DNA of 64,000 nt from Patescibacteria group bacterium. GTDB lineage: Bacteria; Patescibacteriota; JACPGU01. Each line of letters begins with the position of its first letter. Positions within the stretch are counted from its first letter, which is position 1. Positions 58,372 to 64,000 of the stretch are shown here, one piece after another. The translations under genes were made by a program, and so were the position numbers. The notes beneath the pieces were generated by a model. It was given only the letters and a program-made list of their open reading frames with translations. It had not been told where the DNA came from and searched no databases. The stretch lies in the NCBI GenBank assembly GCA_028718745.1, contig JAQULF010000001.1, positions 111,078 through 175,077 of the forward strand, written 5' to 3'.

Positions 58372-59013
58372 ATGCCAGATCAATATAAGATCCCACAAAA
58401 CATCGATGTTGAAGATAAAATTCTTGGCCCCTTTACCTTGAAGCAGTTTTTATATATTATGGGGGGAGGGATAATTATTTATGTTCTTTTTAACATTTTT
58501 GCCAAGACTAACCTCATTCTTTTTCTGGTAATTTCTATTCCGATTGCGATTGCCGTACTAATGCTGGTTTTTGTAAAAGTAAACGAAAGACCTTTTCTGG
58601 ATTTTTTCTTTTACTTCATCGCTTATCTGCAAGATCCGAAAGAAAAAAAGTGGATCAAGTCTACTAAAGTTAAAGAGTTCAAAATTACTGCCAAAATTTC
58701 CGAAGCGGAAGAAGCCAAGCAAAAAGAAATAGCTGATCTTTCCCGAAGAGGAATAGTTCGATCACAATTGCAGCAAATGGCTATAGTTTTGGATTCGCGT
58801 GGCTGGAGTAGAGAATCGCTCGATCAGGAATTAAAGGGAAGAGTGGCCTCTTCGGTAGAAGAAAAATCTGTTGTCAGGCAAAAGTTTGCCGAAGAAGAAA
58901 ATCTGGCCGATATGTTTAGCGATATCGAAGGCGCGGTAACTACATTAAAATCAGGGGTTCAAGAAGAAAGCGCCAGCAATTTAGCGGAGAGATTGAAGAT
59001 ACTTTTGGAATAA
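58372..59013 (+). CDS. PrgI-family membrane protein
   Basis: QYKIPQNIDVEDKILGPFTLKQF, two TMs, VNERP. Confidence 0.88.
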   Translation: MPDQYKIPQNIDVEDKILGPFTLKQFLYIMGGGIIIYVLFNIFAKTNLILFLVISIPIAIAVLMLVFVKVNERPFLDFFFYFIAYLQDPKEKKWIKSTKVKEFKITAKISEAEEAKQKEIADLSRRGIVRSQLQQMAIVLDSRGWSRESLDQELKGRVASSVEEKSVVRQKFAEEENLADMFSDIEGAVTTLKSGVQEESASNLAERLKILLE

Positions 59014-59119
59014 AAAATAAAAAATTAAAACATTAAGGTAAATCCCACGCTCGTGTACTCGCTCTGGATGAAATGCTCGTTATATTTTTTACATTAATGT
59101 TCGCATTTCAAAAACAAAA

Positions 59120-59845
59120 ATGGCAGACAAAGACACAAAAAAACCAACCGGTTCCACCGTCGAATCCGCTCCTGCGAAAAGAAACTCAACGCAGTCTTAT
59201 CTTGATATTGACCATTTTGAGAGCGGCATTCTGATTATGAAAGATGGAAGCATGAGAATGATTCTGTCCACTTCCGCGATCAATTTCGAATTAAAAGCCG
59301 AGATAGAAAGAAATTCAATTATTTATGCCTATCAAAACTTTTTGAATTCTTTGGAATTTCCCATCCAAATTATTGTTCAGTCCAGGAAACTGGATTTGGA
59401 TGAATATCTGGAAACTTTGAAAAAGAAAATTACCGAAACGACCAACGAACTTCTCAAAGTTCAGATCTCCGACTATGTTGATTTTGTGCAGGGTGTGATT
59501 AATGTTGCCAATATTATGCAAAAGAGATTTTATGTTGTAGTCCCGCATTACCCAAGTAATTTCAAAAAAATCGGAGGTTTAGCCCAGATTTTTTCAGGTA
59601 GCCAGGCGGGCGTAGAAATATCAGATATGGAAGTAGAGACAAAATATCTGATGCAAAAAACCGAAACGGTAGCGTCGGGATTGCAAAGCATCGGAATTCG
59701 CGCCTTGCAGCTAGACACCCAGGAGTTAATTGAGCTTTTCTATGGAGCTTATAATCCCGATCAATCCACTCGTCAGAAATTAATTGATATTTCACAATTA
59801 GAATCGGAAATAATTGAGGCAGCACCGGAAGAAATGGGGATATAG
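59120..59845 (+). CDS. T4SS-like protein resembling the VirB4 N-terminal region
   Basis: STQSYLDI, INFELK..E...Y..FLNSL.FPIQI, LIELFY..YNP; lies between prgI and virB4. Confidence 0.75.
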   Translation: MADKDTKKPTGSTVESAPAKRNSTQSYLDIDHFESGILIMKDGSMRMILSTSAINFELKAEIERNSIIYAYQNFLNSLEFPIQIIVQSRKLDLDEYLETLKKKITETTNELLKVQISDYVDFVQGVINVANIMQKRFYVVVPHYPSNFKKIGGLAQIFSGSQAGVEISDMEVETKYLMQKTETVASGLQSIGIRALQLDTQELIELFYGAYNPDQSTRQKLIDISQLESEIIEAAPEEMGI

Positions 59846-59850
59846 AACAG

Positions 59851-59917
59851 GAATATATGAATAAAGGATTAAATGAATAGAAATTCTAATCATTTAATCA
59901 TATAATCATTTAATCAT
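59851..59917. repeat. Empty inverted octamer array (ATGAATAA family)
   Basis: GAATATATGAATAAAGGATTAAATGAATAG...TAATCATTTAATCATATAATCATTTAATCAT. Confidence 0.75.
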
Positions 59918-59958
59918 CACACCCTTAGTATTTTAGAAACAAAAAAATAAACATAAAA

Positions 59959-62034
59959 ATGCCAGATCCACAAGACAAAAAACTAGATAATATCCAGCCC
60001 CCCAAAGGTTCCTACTTTGATTTGACTAACAAAGATGCGGTTCTTCAGCCGGATAAGGCTAAGGATTTGGGCGCTATTACTTCCGGTTTTGGTGTTAAGA
60101 AGGAAATAGGATCAACACCACTAAAAGTAGAGACGAATGGCCATTCGTCTCTACAGGAGAAACCAAAAGAGACTAAATCATCCGGAGGTTTCTTTTCCTT
60201 CGGACCAAAGATGACTAAAGAAGAATTGGAAAAACAAAAAGCCGAGGAAAGAAAAAAATCAGAAGCCATTAAAAGAGAAGAAGAGGCTAAAAAAACTTAT
60301 GAAATGGGGTTGGCTTCTATTCGCGACCTGATCGCCCCTTCTTCAGTACAAATTACGCCAAATTATCTAGTTTTAAACGATCGCTTTGTTCGCACTCTTT
60401 TTATTTTCAATTACCCCCGCTTTATTTTTCCAAACTGGTTATCGCCGCTGATTAATATGGATATGACTCTCGATATCGGCATGTTTATTTATCCCAAGGA
60501 AAATAAAGGCGTTCTCGACACTTTAAGAAAAAGATCGGGGCAAGTGGAGTCGGCTCTCAATATAGAAGCGCAAAAAGGACTGGTTCGAAATCCGGAATTG
60601 GAAACCGCTTTGCAAGACATTGAGGAATTAAGAGAAAGATTGGCCAGAGGAGAAGAGAGATTATTTCAGTTGTCTCTATATATAACTCTTCAAGCTAAGG
60701 ATCTGGACGAGCTGGATCTAGCTACTAAAAAAGTAGAATCAACCCTTGGAGGTTCTTTGATTTATACCAAAAGAGCCGGATTTCAGATGGATCAAGGCTT
60801 TCGCTCCACTCTTCCTTTGGGATCTGACTTTTTGGATATTAGAAGAAATATGAACACAGGTTCGCTTTCCACTACTTTCCCATTTACCTCAATGGATTTA
60901 ACTTCCAATCAGGGAATTATGTACGGTATCAATCGCCATAATAATGGCTTGATTATTTTTGATCGATTTGAATTGGAAAACTATAATTCAGTTGTTTTTG
61001 CTAAGGCCGGTGCCGGCAAGTCATACGCGGTAAAATTAGAAATTTTACGCTATATGATGTTTGGTACAGATATTATAGTGATTGATCCGGAAAATGAATA
61101 TAAAAATCTTTGCAAAGTGGTTGGCGGGTCATATCTATCCATGAGCTTATCTTCAGATGATAGAATCAATCCTTTTGACTTACCGCCGCTTCCCGACGAT
61201 GCTACGCTCGATATGGGTGAAGATAATTTAAGAAGCACTATTATTACTCAAAAGGGTTTAATGAATTTACTTTTGGGGAAACTTGATCCGGAAGAAGATT
61301 CTTTGATTGAAAAGGCATTGCTTAAAGCTTATGAATTGAAAGGGATTACCAACGATCCAGCTACCCAAAAGGCCAACTTTCCCTTGATGGCCGATGTTTA
61401 CAATGCATTATCGGGAATGCCGAACAGCAATTCATTGATGAAAAGAATGGAAAAATATGTAACCGGAACTTTTTCCAGCATATTTAATAAGCCAACTAAC
61501 ATTGATTTAGATAAGGGCTTTGTTGTTTTTAACATTCGCGATCTGGAAACCTCTTTTCGTCCAATTGCCATGTATATGGTGCTGGATTTTATTTGGTCAA
61601 AGATAAGAAAAGAGTTGCGAAAAAGAATGCTTATCGTCGATGAGGCGTGGCTTATGATGGAATATGAAGATGCGGCCAAATTCATCTATTCAATTGCCAA
61701 AAGAGCTAGAAAGTATTATCTAGGACTAACTACTATAACGCAGGATGTGGAAGACTTTTTATCCTCAAAATACGGCCGCGCTATCGTAACCAACTCTTCA
61801 TTGCAATTGCTTCTCAAACAATCTCCGGCCTCAATTGAATCAGTGGGTAAAACTTTTAATCTAACTCAAGGAGAGCGAGCCTTGCTTCTGGAATCCGGTG
61901 TGGGTGAGGGACTTTTCTTTGCCGGTGTCAATCATGTAGCTATCAAAGTTATCGCTTCTTATACGGAGGATCAGATCGTGACTACCTCTCCAAAGCAGAT
62001 TCAGGAGCTTGAAAAAGCGCAGGGAGAGGTATAG
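59959..62034 (+). CDS. VirB4-like ATPase
   Basis: Walker A AKAGAGKS, IDPENEY, INPFD, Walker B IVDEAW, KRARKY, ITQD. Confidence 0.92.
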   Translation: MPDPQDKKLDNIQPPKGSYFDLTNKDAVLQPDKAKDLGAITSGFGVKKEIGSTPLKVETNGHSSLQEKPKETKSSGGFFSFGPKMTKEELEKQKAEERKKSEAIKREEEAKKTYEMGLASIRDLIAPSSVQITPNYLVLNDRFVRTLFIFNYPRFIFPNWLSPLINMDMTLDIGMFIYPKENKGVLDTLRKRSGQVESALNIEAQKGLVRNPELETALQDIEELRERLARGEERLFQLSLYITLQAKDLDELDLATKKVESTLGGSLIYTKRAGFQMDQGFRSTLPLGSDFLDIRRNMNTGSLSTTFPFTSMDLTSNQGIMYGINRHNNGLIIFDRFELENYNSVVFAKAGAGKSYAVKLEILRYMMFGTDIIVIDPENEYKNLCKVVGGSYLSMSLSSDDRINPFDLPPLPDDATLDMGEDNLRSTIITQKGLMNLLLGKLDPEEDSLIEKALLKAYELKGITNDPATQKANFPLMADVYNALSGMPNSNSLMKRMEKYVTGTFSSIFNKPTNIDLDKGFVVFNIRDLETSFRPIAMYMVLDFIWSKIRKELRKRMLIVDEAWLMMEYEDAAKFIYSIAKRARKYYLGLTTITQDVEDFLSSKYGRAIVTNSSLQLLLKQSPASIESVGKTFNLTQGERALLLESGVGEGLFFAGVNHVAIKVIASYTEDQIVTTSPKQIQELEKAQGEV

Positions 62035-62073
62035 AAAAGTATTTTTTGCTCTCATTTTATTTATATGGTAAAA

Positions 62074-62154
62074 TAAGTGGTAAGTGGTAAGCATGTAAGT
62101 AGTAAGTAATCCCAAAACTTACAACCTACAACTTACAACTTAATTCTTACTACT
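62074..62154. repeat. Inverted heptamer array (GTAAGTG / ACTTACA)
   Basis: TAAGTGGTAAGTGGTAAGCATGTAAGTAGTAAGT...ACTTACAACCTACAACTTACAACTTA...CTTACTACT. Confidence 0.75.
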
Positions 62155-62164
62155 AATTTTTTAT

Positions 62165-62971
62165 ATGGCAGATCAAGATCTTGTAGATTATATAAAAGAG
62201 AATAAGGCTAAGTATGGTGTTGATACTTTGCGTAAAGGGCTTTTGGCCCAGGGGATTAGCTATAAAGAATTCAAGGAAGCAATGGAGATGGTTGAACAGG
62301 AAGAAGACGAAAAGATAGCCGGATTTCTCACCGATGCACCGGAAGTAAGAGAAGAAACCATTATTGTGAAAGAATATATTGGTAGAGGAGCTCGAGGAGC
62401 CAAGGAATATCAAAAAAAAGCGGGGGAAGTTATCGGCAATGTTTCTACGGCACTCGGAGTTGGTGAAAAAGATAAGACTCTCTATTTGGATATTATAAAA
62501 TATGGAGCTATTGCTTTTGTGTTTTTTAATATCATTACTACAGTTTTTAAGTATTTCGGGGGTCGTATAGTTTATCCTAAAGTAGCCGCTTCACTGGGTG
62601 TTTTTGGACATCTGGCTCTTCCTGATGTTTTGATGATAAAAATCGAGCTTTGGCCGCTTACTTTATCGGTGTTGTGGAGTGCTGTTTTGGGGGGAGTTCT
62701 TACATTCTTATTTGTGAAATATATAGCTCGTTTTTGGCCATTCTCTATTTGGTTGAAATTTCAGCAAAAGCTTTTTTATTTCTATATTATTTTTGAATTT
62801 ATTTTTGGTATTTTTATAAACGGCCTGATCTCGGCGATCTCGGGCATTTATCTTTTGGGCTATCTGATAGTTTTGGTTGGAATAGTAATAGCCGCTTATC
62901 TATCCAGTAATTATTTAGCGAATGTTTTGGAAACCAAACACGAGGACGCTATCAAAAGATTAGTTAGATAA
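62165..62971 (+). CDS. Membrane protein of unknown function
   Basis: Soluble N-terminus (LVDYIKEN...LLAQG) plus about four TMs. Confidence 0.7.
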   Translation: MADQDLVDYIKENKAKYGVDTLRKGLLAQGISYKEFKEAMEMVEQEEDEKIAGFLTDAPEVREETIIVKEYIGRGARGAKEYQKKAGEVIGNVSTALGVGEKDKTLYLDIIKYGAIAFVFFNIITTVFKYFGGRIVYPKVAASLGVFGHLALPDVLMIKIELWPLTLSVLWSAVLGGVLTFLFVKYIARFWPFSIWLKFQQKLFYFYIIFEFIFGIFINGLISAISGIYLLGYLIVLVGIVIAAYLSSNYLANVLETKHEDAIKRLVR

Positions 62972-63035
62972 AAACAAAAACAAAAAGACCTTTTCTAATA
63001 GTTTAATTTCAGATATTAGGATATAATTTTATTTA

Positions 63036-64000
63036 ATGAAAAAAATAAAAGAACTAATTAGAAAATTTACTCCCAAGTTTGTTTTCTCCCTGTATTATTT
63101 TCTCTGGTCTTTTGTCGGTGTTCAACTTTACCGAAATCCAAGTGAAGAGATTTTGGTAATTGGAGTTACCGGCACAAATGGCAAAACCACTACGGTCAAT
63201 GCTATCCAGCATATGCTGCAGATGAATGGTTTAAGAGCCGGACTGCTTTCCACAGCCAATTTTAAAATTGGCAATAAAGAATGGGTCAATAAGACCAAAA
63301 ATACCATGTTGGGCAGAATGAAACTGCATAAGATGTTGCGCCGAATGGTTAAAGAAGAATGCAAAGTTGCTATAGTTGAGGTTTCTTCGGAGGGCATTGT
63401 TTCCTATCGAACTTATGGAATCAATTTTGATATTTTAGTTTTTACTAATTTAACGCCGGAGCATATTGAAGCTCATGGCAATTTTGAAAAATATAAAAAA
63501 GCCAAACAGAAGATATTTGCTAATCTCTCAAAAAATAAAAGAAAGAAATTGCCCGGATTTTCTCCGCAAGATTTGAAGAAAACCATTATCGCTAACATAG
63601 ATGATAAATATGCGGATGAATTTTTGAAGTTTGACGCAGAAGCCAAAATAGGATTTGGAGTTGAGAAAGAAAAATCTCTTTTTGCCGATAGAGTGGTTTT
63701 GGCTTCCAATGTCAAAGAAAGTAAAGACGGGTTGGGATTTAATTTAATTATCGAGGATGAAAAAGAAAAAATAGAATCCCCGCTTTTGGGCTCGGTAAAT
63801 GTTTACAATCTTTTGGTGGCCGCATCCGTAGGTTGGTTCTTTGGTTTTTCTCTCGAACAAATCAAGAAAGCATCGGAAAGTTTTATCGGAGTAGCCGGAA
63901 GAATGGAAAAAATTAAAAGTCGCAAGGGATATGATGTCGTAATTGATTACGCGCTCGTTCCCGAATCACTTCAGAAACTTTATTCAACCTTAAGAAGCCT
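63036..64000 (+). CDS. murE: Mur ligase MurE, runs off the window
   Basis: Not in the ORF track. IGVTGTNGKTTT, IVEVSSEG, FTNLTPEHIEAHG.FE.YK.AK, NVYNL, AGRME, IDYAL. Confidence 0.9.
   Translation, partial: MKKIKELIRKFTPKFVFSLYYFLWSFVGVQLYRNPSEEILVIGVTGTNGKTTTVNAIQHMLQMNGLRAGLLSTANFKIGNKEWVNKTKNTMLGRMKLHKMLRRMVKEECKVAIVEVSSEGIVSYRTYGINFDILVFTNLTPEHIEAHGNFEKYKKAKQKIFANLSKNKRKKLPGFSPQDLKKTIIANIDDKYADEFLKFDAEAKIGFGVEKEKSLFADRVVLASNVKESKDGLGFNLIIEDEKEKIESPLLGSVNVYNLLVAASVGWFFGFSLEQIKKASESFIGVAGRMEKIKSRKGYDVVIDYALVPESLQKLYSTLRS

Noticed and set aside
63940-63965. DYAL instead of DYAH in MurE as a sign of inactivation
   Set aside because: Single residue change with all upstream motifs intact and the gene truncated by the window edge; not enough evidence.
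1-64000. CRISPR array or cas genes
   Set aside because: No regularly spaced direct repeats with unique spacers and no Cas-like ORFs; the short arrays are degenerate 7-9-mers.
1-64000. Second DGR target within the window
   Set aside because: No further match to TR anchors such as CAGCGGACGCTCGTCGTA was seen by eye; a computational search is still needed.

Overview
AT-rich bacterial chromosomal window that looks like a Patescibacteria/CPR genome. This is inferred from the VirB2-like pilins, the PrgI/VirB4/VirB6-like cluster, NBR1-Ig-domain surface enzymes and the compact housekeeping genes. It carries a CIRCE-hrcA-grpE-dnaK-dnaJ heat-shock locus, tRNA-Lys, comF and the rpsT-yidC-yidD-rnpA-rpmH / dnaA-oriC-dnaN-dciA origin region. 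It also carries three toxin-antitoxin pairs, a GGDEF protein, a T4SS-like cluster and the 5' part of murE. Main result: a complete diversity-generating retroelement (RT, Avd, TR, VR-bearing target, GAAA hairpin) lies between rpmH and dnaA. All 11 TR/VR substitutions are at TR adenines, there is a one-codon indel, and avd is inverted between TR and RT, overlapping the RT start head-to-head. The RT gene also contains two perfect 28-bp GTAG palindromes and a (GA)8 tract. Other notable signals are four-helix-bundle genes framed by inverted oligomer arrays that also occur empty, comF with five in-frame repeat inserts, and a 2231-aa protein whose M15-like zinc-peptidase motif seems split by about 1,850 residues of repeats. 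All calls come from reading the sequence; no database searches were run.
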